A DNA stretch of 64,000 nt from an uncultured delta proteobacterium. GTDB lineage: Bacteria; Myxococcota; Myxococcia; Myxococcales; Myxococcaceae. Shown one piece after another: positions 46,337-62,017 of the stretch. A program made the position numbers and the translations under genes. The first letter of the stretch is position 1, and each line of letters starts with the position of its first letter. The DNA lies in the NCBI GenBank assembly GCA_963771175.1, contig CAVYSY010000038.1, positions 256,001-320,000 on the forward strand. The letters run 5' to 3'. The notes under the pieces are model-generated. The model had not been told where the DNA came from. It searched no databases and saw only the letters and a list, made by a program, of their open reading frames with translations.

Positions 46337-46466
46337 AGACTCGTGCTCCTGTATCCAGCCCGAAAGGGGGCGCCCCGGTTCCGGGGTCACCGCGCATGGA
46401 GACGTCCATGCGGGCGCGGCATTCAAGCACGAGCGAATGGCGGGTGCGCGCGGGGGGGAGGCTCGC

Positions 46467-47000
46467 CTACCGGTTCAGCTTGTTCAGCTCGTTCCGGCAG
46501 TTGTTGCAGAGGTTCATCTGCTTGCGATCGCAGTCCTGCGGCGTCTGGGCGAAGAACATCACGCACCGGGAGTCCTCGCAGTAGGACAGCCCGAGCAGAT
46601 GCCCCGCCTGGTGGACGGCCTCCACCTGGAAGCGGCGCCGGAACTGCTCTCCATCGACGCCCTGGCGCAGCCGGGCCAGGCTCATCACCGCGCTCTTCGA
46701 CTCCCGGTCGGCCTCGCCCAGCACGAAGGCCGAGTCCGGCACGAAGAGGTCCACGTCGGTGATGCCCATCACCATGGACTGCCCCGGCTCCAGCAGCGTC
46801 GCCAGCCGGCGCAGGATGGCGTTGCAGTGGTACTGCCCCCGGTCCTTGTTGAAGGCGTAGGTGGGGGTGGGCAGGGCCACCTTGCTCACCACCACCGCCA
46901 GGCCGAGCTGCAGTGAAATGGGGCCCTCCACTTCCCGGAGGAGCACCGGCGTCGGGCTACCCACGGAGACCAGCAGGAGCACCTTCTGCGGCTGCGACAT
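46467..47000 (-). CDS. Archaemetzincin-like protein, predicted non-proteolytic
   Basis: RGQY, GITDVDLF, FVLGEA, EAVHQAGHLLGLSYC....CVM, CxxC. Confidence 0.85.
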   Translation of the reverse strand: MSQPQKVLLLVSVGSPTPVLLREVEGPISLQLGLAVVVSKVALPTPTYAFNKDRGQYHCNAILRRLATLLEPGQSMVMGITDVDLFVPDSAFVLGEADRESKSAVMSLARLRQGVDGEQFRRRFQVEAVHQAGHLLGLSYCEDSRCVMFFAQTPQDCDRKQMNLCNNCRNELNKLNR

Positions 47001-47068
47001 CGGCCCACCGTCCTTGAGCATCACGGGAGCAGCGCAGGGGCTCGCGCCACCCAGGGAAAAAAGAAGGG

Positions 47069-47142
47069 TGGCTGGGGCGCAAGGATTCGAACCTTGATAA
47101 TCAGATTCAAAGTCTGACGTCCTGCCATTAGACGACGCCCCA
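47069..47142 (-). tRNA. tRNA-Gln (TTG)
   Basis: TGGGGCG/CGCCCCA acceptor stem, anticodon arm TCAGA-CTTTGAA-TCTGA, GGTTCGAATCC T-arm, encoded CCA. Confidence 0.97.
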
Positions 47143-47342
47143 GCAAGTACGCACGGTTACGGCAGGTTCCAGATTCTATGCCATCCCCAGGGCCACGGAA
47201 ACAATTCAGTGGGGAGGTCGGCTAACCGACAGCCGGAGGAGCTGGCGGGTAGGAGCCGACCCCCCTACCCCCGCCTCCTCCAACCCCGGGGAGCATCCAG
47301 TCGCTCGCGAAGCCCCCGCACCCGGCGGGTTAGAGTCGGTGG

Positions 47343-48242
47343 ATGAAGCCCGGCATCTATCTGGCCCACAAACCGGTGGGAGCCACCAGCTTTTCCCTGG
47401 TGCACGCCTTCATGGGTGAGGTGGAGGCCGCCGGCCTCTCGCGCAAGCAACTGCCCGCCTGTCACGGCGGCACGCTCGACCCTTTCGCCGAGGGCCTGCT
47501 GCTGCTGCTGGCGGGCCCCGCCACGCACCTCATGGAGCTGCTGCACGCCGTCCCGAAGACGTACGACGCGGAGGTCGTCTGGGGGGTGGAGACGGACAAT
47601 GGCGACCTGCTCGGCCGGGTCGTCCACGAGGGAGATGCCACGGCCCTCACGGCGGAGGCGCTGGACGCGGCGCTCGTCCCCTTCCTCGGTTGGAAGGACC
47701 AGGTGCCTCCCGCCACCAGTGCGAAGAAGGTGGAGGGGGAGCCCGCCTACAAGAAGGCACACCGGGGCGAGTCGGTGGAGCTGCCCCCCTCGCGCGTCTA
47801 CCTCCACGAGGCGCGCTGGCTCGACCATGAGCTGCCCCGGAGGAGTCGCCTGCGCATCACCTGCCGGGGCGGCTACTACGTGCGCGCCCTCGCCCGGGAC
47901 CTGGGCCGGGCGCTGGGGTGCGGGGCCCACCTCGCCCGGCTGCATCGCACGCGCATCGGCCCCTGGGAGGACCCGGGCCCGGGAGCGCGCGTCTGGCTGC
48001 ACGGCTCCGAGCTGCTGCCCTGGTGTCCCTCGCGCGTCATCGCGGGCGACGAGGTGAACGACCTCAAGCACGGGCGCACCATCCCCCTCGGAGGAGTGCG
48101 GCCCCCGGACTGGCGCCTGCCCGAGGGCTTTCCGGACCCCGAGGCCCCCGTGCGAGCCTTCCAGCGGAACCGGCTGGTGGCCCTGCTGCGCGAGCAGGAC
48201 GGGGGACTGCGCACCGTCACGCACCTGTGGTCCGGGCTCTAG
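47343..48242 (+). CDS. TruB-family pseudouridine synthase (probable paralog)
   Basis: HKPVGATS, HGGTLDPFAEGLL, QVPP..SAKKV.G..AY, CRGGYYVRALARDLG. Confidence 0.88.
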   Translation: MKPGIYLAHKPVGATSFSLVHAFMGEVEAAGLSRKQLPACHGGTLDPFAEGLLLLLAGPATHLMELLHAVPKTYDAEVVWGVETDNGDLLGRVVHEGDATALTAEALDAALVPFLGWKDQVPPATSAKKVEGEPAYKKAHRGESVELPPSRVYLHEARWLDHELPRRSRLRITCRGGYYVRALARDLGRALGCGAHLARLHRTRIGPWEDPGPGARVWLHGSELLPWCPSRVIAGDEVNDLKHGRTIPLGGVRPPDWRLPEGFPDPEAPVRAFQRNRLVALLREQDGGLRTVTHLWSGL

Positions 48243-48277
48243 GGCCGAGCTGCGGTCCACCCCTGGCTGCTGCTTCT

Positions 48278-52102
<3,825 letters not shown>

Positions 52103-52409
52103 GGTTGGCACCATCACCAGACTCGCACGGTTCGGTCCACCCCTCCAAGCCGACCGCCTCCCGAGCGCCTCGTCCGCCCGTCCGCCTGCCCCGAAATGGG
52201 GCAGACCGGGGCGACTTTTGGAGTCGGCTCCCTCATACCCGCCGTGACACTCCCTTTACTTTGGACATGAGCGTCACACGGATTTCGCGGGGCGTCACCC
52301 CGTGACGAGGCCGCCACCCGAGCGCGACGGAGGAGTGACACCCACCTCGGGCAAGTGTTGCGAGGGCTGAACGAGACCGCCACGAGGCGTCGCTATTACG
52401 GCGTGCGTC

Positions 52410-53153
52410 ATGTTCGAGACCTTCGACAGCGCCACCGACGTCCAATCGGCTCGCCGGTTCGCGCTCTCCACCGTGGCCTCGCTCGGGGTGTGTGCCCTGA
52501 TCGGCGTCGCCGCGGTGGTGGTGGGCAGCCAGGTGAAGGACGTCATCAAGGAGAAGCGGGTGGACGTGGTGTTCCGTCCGCCGCCGCCTCCCGTGCCGGT
52601 GGCCGAGGTGAAGCCGCCGCCGCCCCCTCCTCCGCCGCCGCCCAAGCCCAAGGCGAAGCCGCCTCCGCCCGCGCCCACCGTCGCCGCGCCCGCGGCCATG
52701 GTGGCGCCCAAGGAGATTCCGGTGGAGAAGCCGCCCGAGGCCGATGCCGCCAACGCCGTGGCCGCCGCCCCCATCGCCGTGGGAGGCACGGGCCAACTGG
52801 TGGCGGGCGCCATCGTCACGGGGGTGGACAGCCCCGGGGTGGCCGGTGGCATGCGCCGCGCCGCGCCCATCAACCTGCCCGAGGCCGCCACACCTCCCAA
52901 GGAGCTGGAGTCCAACATCCTCCCCGACTTCCCCGCCGACATGCGCGCGAAGGGGCAGGAGGGCATGGTCATCCTGAAGCTCGTCGTCGAGGTGGATGGC
53001 CGCGTGGGCGCCATCAAGGTGATGCGCGGTGAGGAGCCCTTCGTGGGCGCCGCCCTCGCCGCGGTGAGGTCGTGGCGCTACGAGCCCGCGCTCGTCGACG
53101 GCCAGCCCACCGCCGTCTTCCGCATCGTCAAGGTCCCCTTCCGACTCAAGTAG
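52410..53153 (+). CDS. tonB: Energy transducer TonB
   Basis: TM anchor, Pro-rich linker, C-terminal EG.V...VDG.V...WRYEPA..DG.P. Confidence 0.9.
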   Translation: MFETFDSATDVQSARRFALSTVASLGVCALIGVAAVVVGSQVKDVIKEKRVDVVFRPPPPPVPVAEVKPPPPPPPPPPKPKAKPPPPAPTVAAPAAMVAPKEIPVEKPPEADAANAVAAAPIAVGGTGQLVAGAIVTGVDSPGVAGGMRRAAPINLPEAATPPKELESNILPDFPADMRAKGQEGMVILKLVVEVDGRVGAIKVMRGEEPFVGAALAAVRSWRYEPALVDGQPTAVFRIVKVPFRLK

Positions 53154-53194
53154 GCGCCTCTCTTCCCCGCACACGCCATCCGGAGCCCCCCGCG

Positions 53195-53951
53195 ATGAAT
53201 TTCAACCTGATCGAGATCTACCAGCACATGGGCTTCTTCGCCCGGTGCATCGCCTACACGCTCATCCTCTTCGCGCTGTCGTCGCTGATCGTCTTCATCG
53301 AGCGCCTCATCTACTTCTTCCGCTCCAAGGCGGCGGATCGGAAGTTCGCGGGACGCGCCGGCAAGCTGCTGGAGTCGCAGCAGCACGAGCACTTCGTCAC
53401 CGAGTCCACGGCGGCCAAGGCGAGCAGCCTGGCGAAGCTGCTGGGCGGCGGGGTGAAGACGTACCTGGCCAAGAAGGCGGCGCCGCAGGGCAAGCTGGGA
53501 GCGGTGGAGCTCACCCGGCGCGAGCTGGATACGACTCTACGAGCGCGTCACGGCGGACGTGCGCCGGGGCATGAGCGTGCTGGCCTCGGTGGGCTCGGTG
53601 GCCCCGTTCGTCGGCCTGCTGGGCACGGTGGTCGGCATCATCGAGTCCTTCGACGGCATCGCCAAGGCGGGCTCCGGCGGCCTGGGCGCGGTGTCCGGCG
53701 GCATCGCCGAGGCGCTCGTCGTCACGGCGCTCGGCCTGCTGGTGGCCATTCCCGCGGTGCTGATGTTCAACTTGCTCTCCACCCGCGCGGACGCGCTGCT
53801 GCTGTCGCTGGACCTGGCGCGCAAGGAGTTCATGGACCACCTGGAGGACGTGCACGGCGTCGCCAGCCCGGCGGTGCGCGGCGAGGGCGCGGTGGCCCTG
53901 GACGTGGAGCGCGCCACGCGCAAGGAGGGGCTCGATGTCCGCCCGGCGTAG
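53195..53951 (+). CDS. exbB: MotA/TolQ/ExbB proton channel (frameshift near 53530)
   Basis: APFVGLLGTVVGII, GIAEALVVTALGLLVAIPA. Confidence 0.88.
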
Positions 53952-54347
53952 CCAGCTCACGCCCGAGATGAACGTGACGCCGCTGGTCGACGTGGTGCTC
54001 GTCCTCCTCATCATCTTCATGGTCGTCACGCCGCAGCTCGAGGCCGGCGCCGCGGTGGAGCTGCCCGGCGGTGATGAACCCGGACAAGGGCGAGGACAAC
54101 TCGCTCACCCCCATCACCGTGAGCCTCACCACCCAGGGCGCCCTCTTCATGGATCGCAAGGAGCTGCCCGCGGGCGCAGCTCATCGAGCAGCTCAAGGCC
54201 GCCCACGAGAAGGACCCCGAGGCGCGCGTCGTGCTCAAGGCGGACCGCGCCGTGCGCTACGCCGAGGTGCGCGATGTCTTCAAGACGCTGCAGGACATCG
54301 GCTTCCCGGGCATCTCGCTGCAGGTCGTCGACCTGAAGAAGAACTAG
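53935..54347 (+). CDS. exbD: ExbD/TolR protein 1 (frameshifts)
   Basis: MNVTPLVDVVLVLLIIFMV; VVLKADRAVRY in a later frame. Confidence 0.85.
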
Positions 54348-54359
54348 GAGCACGCTGCC

Positions 54360-54800
54360 ATGGCTTTTGATCTCGGTGGCGGCAAGGGAGGCATCCGCCC
54401 GGCGATGAACGTGACGCCGCTGGTCGACGTGGTGCTCGTCCTCCTCATCATCTTCATGGTCGTCACGCCGCTGATGACCAAGCAGATGTGGCAGGACGTG
54501 CCGGGCAAGGCGGACGAGAAGGCCGAAATCACTCCGCCTCCTCCGGGCGCGCTGCCTCCCGTGGTGCTCACCGTCACCAAGACGGGCGCGGTGCAGATCA
54601 ACCGCGAGGACGTGCCGCGAGACCAGCTCGTGGCGCGGCTGCAGCGGATGATCAACGCGCGCCCGGACAAGATCGTCTTCTTCGACGCGGAGAACGACGT
54701 GCCGTACGGCAGTGCGATGGAAGTGCTGGACCTCGCGCGCGGTGGGAACCTCACCGTCGCGGTGGTGCCGGACGCCGTCGCCGAGCCCGCGGCACCGTGA
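54360..54800 (+). CDS. exbD: ExbD/TolR protein 2
   Basis: MNVTPLVDVVLVLLIIFMV; FDAENDVPYG. Confidence 0.9.
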   Translation: MAFDLGGGKGGIRPAMNVTPLVDVVLVLLIIFMVVTPLMTKQMWQDVPGKADEKAEITPPPPGALPPVVLTVTKTGAVQINREDVPRDQLVARLQRMINARPDKIVFFDAENDVPYGSAMEVLDLARGGNLTVAVVPDAVAEPAAP

Positions 54801-54883
54801 CCTGAAGTCTTCGTTCCGTCCTCCGAATCCTCACATTCCATCCATTTCGTTGCCACGGGCCTCGCGTTCTCTACGCGCGCCCG

Positions 54884-57800
54884 TTGGTGAGGAGTCCCGT
54901 GTTGTCTCTTCGTCTCGAATCCATCCGCGCCGCGCTGGCGGCGCTCGCATTGCTGGCCGCGCCGGTGATGGCGCAGACGCCCGCCTCCGAGGGGACCGCG
55001 CCCGCCGCGAGCCCCGCTGTCTCCACTCCGACGACTCCCCCGCCGAGGCTCCCGCGGAGCCGGTGAGCACCGAGCCCGCGACGCAGGCCGCTCCGACCGA
55101 GCCCGTGGCTACAGAGCCCGTTGCCGCCGAGCCCGCGACGCAGGCCGCGCCAACCGATGCACCCGTCGCGAGGGACGCGCTCGTGGCCGAGCCTCCCACC
55201 GAGGCGCCCGCCGCCGAGGCCACCGAGGACGAGCTGATGGCCGAGTCGGCCACTCCGCCCCCGGGCTTCACCGGCATCTACGGCCAGGTGAGCGACGCCC
55301 AGACGAAGGAGACGCTCATCGAGGCCACGGTGAAGGTGGTGGCCGGCGCGCAGAAGAGCGTCCTCACGGACGTCGACGGCAACTACCGGCTGGCGCTGCC
55401 GCCCGGGAAGTACGACCTGCGCGTCTTCTATGACGTCTACGAGGGCCGCCGCATCACCGGCGTCGTCGTGGAGCAGGGGAAGGCCACGAAGCTGGACGTG
55501 CAGCTCAGCGCCGACGCGGGCGCCGTGCAGGAAGTCGTCGTCGAGGCCCGCGCGGACCGCCGTGCCGAGGGCGCGCTGCTGCAGGAGCGCAAGAAGGCCG
55601 CCGCGGTATCGGATGCCATCAGCTCCCAGGAGATTGCCCGCACGCCGGACTCGAGCGCCTCGGACGCGGTGAAGCGCGTGGTGAGCGCCACGGTGGTGGA
55701 TGGCCGCTTCGTGCTCCTGCGTGGCCTGGGCGGACGCTACTCGGTGACGCTGCTCAACGGCGCGCTGCTGCCCAGCCCCGAGCCGGATGAGCCCTCGGTG
55801 CCGCTGGACCTGTTCCCCACCAGCCTGCTGGCCAACCTCAACGTGGTGAAGAGCTACACGGCGGACCTGCCCGGCACCTTCGGCGGCGGCACGCTGCAGA
55901 TCGAAACCAACAGCTACCCGAGCAAGTTCGAGTTCAAGCCGCGCATCACCTTCTCCGGCGACAGCGAGGCCACCTTCCAGCAGCGCAACACGCAGCCGGG
56001 CAGCTTCGTGGAGGCGCTGGGCTTCGCGGGCCCCGAGCGCCGGCTGCCGGAGGGCCTGCCCCAGGACGAGCGGATGGGGGACTCGGCGAGCACCTGGAAG
56101 AGCTTCCCCAACCTCTGGTCCGCGCGCCGCACCACCGCGCTGCCCAACCTGGGCCTGGGCGCGTCCATGGGAGACACGCTGCGCTTCGGCAACAGCCGCC
56201 TGGGCTACCTGGCCACCGTCAACTACGGGCACAAGGAGAGCGTGCGCGTGTCCGAGTTCGCCCGCGCCATGCGCCAGTCGGAGGAGCTCGAGGCGCGAGA
56301 CGCCGCTCGCACCGTCCAGGGCACCGAGAGCGCCAACCTCAGCGCGCTGGCCAGCGTGGGCTACCAGTTCGACCGCGACAGCGAGCTCACCTTCTTCAGC
56401 CTCTACACCCGCGGCACGGACAGCTCCACCCTCACCTCGCGCGGGGTGAACAACGAGCGCTCGGAGACGTACGAGAGCACCCGCCTGCAGTTCGTCTCCC
56501 GCGTCCTCTCCTTCAACCAGGTGCGCGGCTTCCACCGTCTCAACGGGCTGGGCGATGCCGAGCTGGACTGGCAGGCCAACTTCAGCCGCGTGGAGCGCGA
56601 CGAGCCGGACACGCGAGACAGCCTCTACAGCGACGACCTGGGCAGCCCCAGCGGCAAGTTCTCCTTCCCCAACCAGCCCAACAGCGGCGAGCGCTTCTTC
56701 GGCACGCTGGGCGAGAGCTCCACGGGCGGCAGCGCCAGCCTCACCCTGCCCTTCACCGACGTGCGCGTGAAGGCGGGCGGCCTGGCCCAGGTGTCCTTCC
56801 GGGACTTCTCCGCGCGCCGCTTCCGCTACCAGCTCACCGACACGCCGGTGGACACCTCCCTGCCCCCCGAGGAGCTCTTCGGCTCGGACAACCTGGGGGC
56901 CGGCATCCGCATGCGCGAGTCCACCCGCGCCGATGACGCCTATGACGCGTACCTCGGCATCTTCGCCGGCTACGCGACGGCGGACTACACGCCCCTCGAG
57001 GCGCTGCGCCTGGTGGGTGGCGTGCGCGTGGAGCACTCGCTCCAGCAGCTCACCGCGCACAGCCCGTTCAACACCACGCCCGTCGCGAGCAACGACGCGA
57101 AGTACCTGGACGTGCTGCCGGCCCTCAACGCCATCTACTCGCTCAGCCCCACGGTCAACCTGCGCGCCGGCTACAGCTACACCCTGGCGCGGCCCACCTT
57201 CCGCGAGCTGGCGCCCTTCATCTTCTTCGACTTCGTGCGCCGCCGGAACGTGTCCGGCAACCCGGCGCTGCTCGAGACGCGCATCCACAACGTCGACGCC
57301 CGCGCCGAGTGGTTCGTGGGCGAGAACGAGGTGCTGGCCGCCAGCGCCTTCTACAAGCAGTTCCGAGACCCCATCGAGCGCATCATCATCAACCCGCAGT
57401 CGGGCGACGTGGGCTTCGACAACGCGGACGGGGCGCGCAGCTACGGCGTGGAGCTGGAGGCGCGCGCGTCACTCGGTCGCCTCTCCCCGGCCCTCTCCCA
57501 GTTCCGAGCGGCGGCCAACCTCACCCTCATCCAGTCCGACATCGTCCTGACGGACCCGCGCAAGCTGGGCGCGCAGACGAACAGCAACCGGCCCATGCAG
57601 GGCCAGTCGCCCTACGTCCTCAACCTCAACCTCGGCTACGACCGCTCCGAGAGCGGCACCGAGGTGGCCCTCCTCTACAACGTCTACGGCCCGCGCATCA
57701 GCGAGGTGGGCGTGCAGGGCCTGCCGGACATCTACGAGGCGCCCTTCCACCGCGTGGACCTGGCCCTCAGCCAGAAGCTGGGCAACGGCCTGCAGCTCAA

Positions 57801-57915
57801 GCTCACCGGCTCCAACCTCCTCAACTCCGCCGTCCACCTCCAGCAGGGCGGAATCAGCGTCTTGAAGTACCGCCCGGGCATCGCCTTCTCCGCGGCGCTC
57901 GGCTGGACCCTGTAA
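54884..57915 (+). CDS. TonB-dependent receptor (frameshift near 55030)
   Basis: Signal peptide, Pro/Ala/Glu/Thr linker, carboxypeptidase-regulatory-like domain, plug (RGLGGRY), ARPTFRELAP, GNPAL. Confidence 0.9.
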
Positions 57916-57943
57916 TCCCACGCAGTCACAAGGAAGCGTTCCA

Positions 57944-59302
57944 ATGAAGCGGATTGCCCTCGGTCTCACCCTCGGTATGTCCCTGCTCGCTGGCTGTGGC
58001 GAGCCGGAGAAGCCGGACACCGCCGACGACATCAGCGCCAACATCACCCAGGACACCACCTGGGCGGCTGACAAGGTCTACACGCTCAAGGGCTACATCT
58101 TCGTGGAGAGCGGCACGCTCACCATCGAGCCGGGCACGAAGGTCCTCGGCGAGGAGGGCAGCGCGCTCGTCATCACCCGCAACGCGAAGCTGAACGCGGT
58201 GGGCACGGCGGACAAGCCCATCGTCTTCACCAGCGCGAAGCCCGAGGGCCAGCGCACCGCGGGTGACTGGGGCGGCGTGGTGCTGCTGGGCAAGGCCCGC
58301 ATCAACGTCTCCGGCGGGCAGAACACCGTCGAGGGCTTCTTCGCCACCAGCGGGGATGAGCGCACGAAGTACGGCGGCGACGACGACACCCACGACTGCG
58401 GCAAGCTGAAGTACGCCCGCATCGAGTTCGCCGGGTACGAGCTGGCCGAGGACAACGAGCTCAACGGCCTGACCACGGGCGCCTGCGGCTCGAGCACGGA
58501 GCTCGACTACGTCCAGGTGCACAAGGGCGCCGACGACGGCGTGGAGATGTTCGGCGGCACCGCCAACCTCAAGCACGTCGTCATCAGCCAGCCGGACGAC
58601 GACGGCCTGGACTATGACCTGGGCTACACCGGCAAGGTGCAGTTCCTGGTGGTGCAGCAGAACGACAAGGTGGGCAACCGCGCCATCGAGGCCAGCGGCA
58701 ACAAGTCCAACAACACGGCCACCCCGCGCTCGGTGCCGGAGATCTGGAACGCCTCCTTCATCGGCTCGAACCGGGCGGCGGCCACCACGGGCACCAAGCA
58801 GGAGGGCCTGGTGTTCAACACCGGCGCGGGCGTGAAGCTGAACAACGCCATCGTCGCCTACTTCGCCGACAAGGCGATGGACGTGGACGGCGCGGCCTCG
58901 GCGCAGCTCTCCGAGTCCGGCAACCTGTCCATCAAGAACACCCTCTTCTGGCAGAACAAGGGCAACACCTCGTCCATCGGCTACTCGGCCAACCCGGTGA
59001 AGGACGCCAGCGGCAACACCACCAACGAGGACGCCACGCGCCTGTCGGATGGCACCATCTACAAGGAGCCGGAGCAGGTGCTGGCCGCAGCCAACAACAA
59101 CCAGGTGGTGGACCCGAAGCTGAGCGCCGCGATGAACGTGACGGCGCCGAACTTCAAGCCGGCGCCCGAGTCGCCGGCGCTCATCACCACCCACGCCGCC
59201 ACGCCGACGGCGGACGGGTTCTTCGACACCAGCGCGCAGTTCATCGGCGCCGTGGGCAGCCAGGACTGGACGGCCGGCTGGACCGCGTTCCCGGAGAACT
59301 GA
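57944..59302 (+). CDS. Surface lipoprotein, beta-helix-like
   Basis: Lipobox [44 protein letters not shown]-terminus. Confidence 0.8.
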   Translation: MKRIALGLTLGMSLLAGCGEPEKPDTADDISANITQDTTWAADKVYTLKGYIFVESGTLTIEPGTKVLGEEGSALVITRNAKLNAVGTADKPIVFTSAKPEGQRTAGDWGGVVLLGKARINVSGGQNTVEGFFATSGDERTKYGGDDDTHDCGKLKYARIEFAGYELAEDNELNGLTTGACGSSTELDYVQVHKGADDGVEMFGGTANLKHVVISQPDDDGLDYDLGYTGKVQFLVVQQNDKVGNRAIEASGNKSNNTATPRSVPEIWNASFIGSNRAAATTGTKQEGLVFNTGAGVKLNNAIVAYFADKAMDVDGAASAQLSESGNLSIKNTLFWQNKGNTSSIGYSANPVKDASGNTTNEDATRLSDGTIYKEPEQVLAAANNNQVVDPKLSAAMNVTAPNFKPAPESPALITTHAATPTADGFFDTSAQFIGAVGSQDWTAGWTAFPEN

Positions 59303-59423
59303 GCGACACGCCGCACGCCGCCTCTGGTCCTGTCCGGCGGAGGCGGTCCACATCGCCCGGAGGTGCGTACTTCCCACGGAGGGGGCTCCGGAGAAGACGT
59401 GCCTCCGGGCGGTGCCTTTTCGG

Positions 59424-59984
<561 letters not shown>

Positions 59985-60057
59985 GACTGGAGCATGGGCA
60001 GCGGGGCACACTTCTTCAAGCGGGGGAAGGTGCCGAAGGACTCGTCCCAGCGGCAGT

Positions 60058-60639
60058 CTACCCCTCTTCCTGAACGATCCCCTGGCGGAGCAGCTCCTTC
60101 GCCAGGAAGGGGCAGTGCCTCCGGAGGTGGCGGAACTTCGTGTCTCCATCCCGCCAGGCCATGTAATGCGCCTCCCTGGCCCGGACGAACTCCCCGTCGT
60201 TCAGGTCCAACCGGTCGATCGTCTTCTGGACCTGGTCACGCTGCGGTTCGGACAGCCCTTCGCCCGGAATGACCTCGAGCGTGGACAATTCGAGCGCGAA
60301 CCATCCATCCTGCACCTCGAACGGATCCAGAACATCCTCGAGATCGTTCTTGCGCGCGTTCATCCGGACACAAGCGAGCCGGTAGTTGCTCCACTCGTAG
60401 GCCAGCTCGCGCCGCTTCGACTTGGGAAGCAGGTGGTCGACCGAGAGCGCGCCGGTGCCACGAGGAATGTGGAGGGACGAATAGGCACAGACCCCCTTGT
60501 ACGCCTCCCAGAGTTGGGTAGCACAGGAACGCCAGAGGGGTCGAAGCTCACCGTCCGACGAGACCAGATCGGCACGGCCCGGCTGACGGACCCTGGCATC
60601 AAAGTCCGATGGCTCGGGCTGGGGCTCGACATGAATCAC
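60058..60639 (-). CDS. HNH endonuclease (PtuB-like)
   Basis: CAY...VDHLLPKS...AYEWSNY.LAC..MN..K; GTG start overlaps the ATPase stop. Confidence 0.8.
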   Translation of the reverse strand: MIHVEPQPEPSDFDARVRQPGRADLVSSDGELRPLWRSCATQLWEAYKGVCAYSSLHIPRGTGALSVDHLLPKSKRRELAYEWSNYRLACVRMNARKNDLEDVLDPFEVQDGWFALELSTLEVIPGEGLSEPQRDQVQKTIDRLDLNDGEFVRAREAHYMAWRDGDTKFRHLRRHCPFLAKELLRQGIVQEEG

Positions 60640-61883
60640 GGCTCGATCCCCGCGGCCTCGGCACGTGCGAGCCAGCGTGGCCAGAATGGATCCGTATCCT
60701 TGAGAAGCCGATACAGCTCGTTGTGAATCCGCTTTACCTCCTCGATGGGGAGGTGGGGATCCTTGAGCGCGGCCTTGGCGAGGGTGATGGCATCCTCGGC
60801 TTCCTTGGAGCGGGCCTCCTTGAGGTCGAAGACCTCCGAGGTGAGCCACGCGTTGGCGTCGCCACGGGGTCGCCAGTCGGCCTTGGTGACCTTCACTTCG
60901 TGGCCCACGAGGTCGAACATGAAGAGGGCATCCTGGTCCGAGTCGAACAAGGGCTCCACCGAGGCGAGGACAAGGGGCGCGTGGGTGACGGCGATCACCT
61001 GGACCTTCACGTCCGGGCTGAGTTCGCGAACGACTGCTAGCAGCGAGGGCAAGATGAGCCGCTGCCAACGAGGGTGAAGGTGGGCTTCCACCTCGTCTAT
61101 GAGGAACACGAGGTGGTCGGCCGGCTTCTCCTGAAGCAACTCGGCAGCCCGAAGATGCTCCTCCCATGCCCAGACAAGAAGGTAGGCGAGACCGACAATG
61201 CGCTGGATGCCGGCGGATGCTTGGGTGAGGGGGACGATGCCATAAGGCATCTCCAGTGTCGGAATGTCCCGAGCGTCATCGACACCAACGCGGGTGGGCT
61301 CTCCAGGCGTCAGCGGCTCATTGGCATCTGGCGAGAGCACCGCCAGCACCTCGCGAAGACGCGCAAAAGACGCCGCGCTCTTCAGCTGCCAGTAGACCCA
61401 GTCCCTGACGAGCCCATTGCACAAGACACGCCCGTTCTCCACCAACCCGTTCCAGAGCGCATCCTGAGAGAAGTCGTAGGACTTCGGGCCAGCCGTTCCA
61501 TGGCGTACACGCGAGAAGTCGTTTCGCACGGGATCCCATACGCGGAATCCTCCATCGATGCGTGCATAGAGGGTGAGCCCGGAGTTCGTCACCCAGTCGA
61601 ACAACTCATCGCCCGTGTTCCGCCGTCCCCAACGCACAGTGCGCTGAAGATTGATCGTATGCCCCTCCCCCGTCACGATCTCAGCGGAGACCTGCCCCTC
61701 CCGGCCATGTCTGGGGAATGCAGGCACCGGATCGGCGTTCCGGGTCAGCGCCCACCACGCCAGTTCGAGCACGAAGCTCTTCCCCAAGCCGTTGTCACCG
61801 GTCAGCAGGTTGAGGCGCGGCCCAAACGAGAACGAAAGCCGAGGGCTCGGCCCCACTTCCTCCAACTTCAGCTCACCGAGCAT
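60636..61883 (-). CDS. ABC-type AAA ATPase (PtuA-like)
   Basis: GDNGLGKS, SAGIQR, LIDEVEAHLHPRWQ, VTHAP. Confidence 0.85.
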   Translation of the reverse strand: MLGELKLEEVGPSPRLSFSFGPRLNLLTGDNGLGKSFVLELAWWALTRNADPVPAFPRHGREGQVSAEIVTGEGHTINLQRTVRWGRRNTGDELFDWVTNSGLTLYARIDGGFRVWDPVRNDFSRVRHGTAGPKSYDFSQDALWNGLVENGRVLCNGLVRDWVYWQLKSAASFARLREVLAVLSPDANEPLTPGEPTRVGVDDARDIPTLEMPYGIVPLTQASAGIQRIVGLAYLLVWAWEEHLRAAELLQEKPADHLVFLIDEVEAHLHPRWQRLILPSLLAVVRELSPDVKVQVIAVTHAPLVLASVEPLFDSDQDALFMFDLVGHEVKVTKADWRPRGDANAWLTSEVFDLKEARSKEAEDAITLAKAALKDPHLPIEEVKRIHNELYRLLKDTDPFWPRWLARAEAAGIEP

Positions 61884-61945
61884 CCGGGCTCCTCCTCGCG
61901 AGGCCAGCAAGCGACTCCTCTTATGTGAGTTCCCTCGCTCCCATC

Positions 61946-61987
61946 AAAAATAAAGCCGGCCCGGAGCCCCGAGGCGTTCCAGGCCGG
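61946..61987 (-). terminator. Intrinsic terminator
   Basis: ccggcctgga...tccgggccgg stem followed by ctttattttt on the minus strand. Confidence 0.7.
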
Positions 61988-62017
61988 ACGGACTCCATGC
62001 AACGGGAAGCCTGGGCC

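Noticed and set aside
47069..47142. tRNA integration site of a prophage or island
   Set aside because: No integrase, phage genes or duplicated tRNA 3' end seen in the window
55060..55220. Repeat element gagcccgcgacgcaggccgc
   Set aside because: Encodes the Pro/Ala/Glu/Thr linker of the TonB-dependent receptor
60058..62017. Retron-associated Septu
   Set aside because: No reverse transcriptase or msr/msd-like region adjacent
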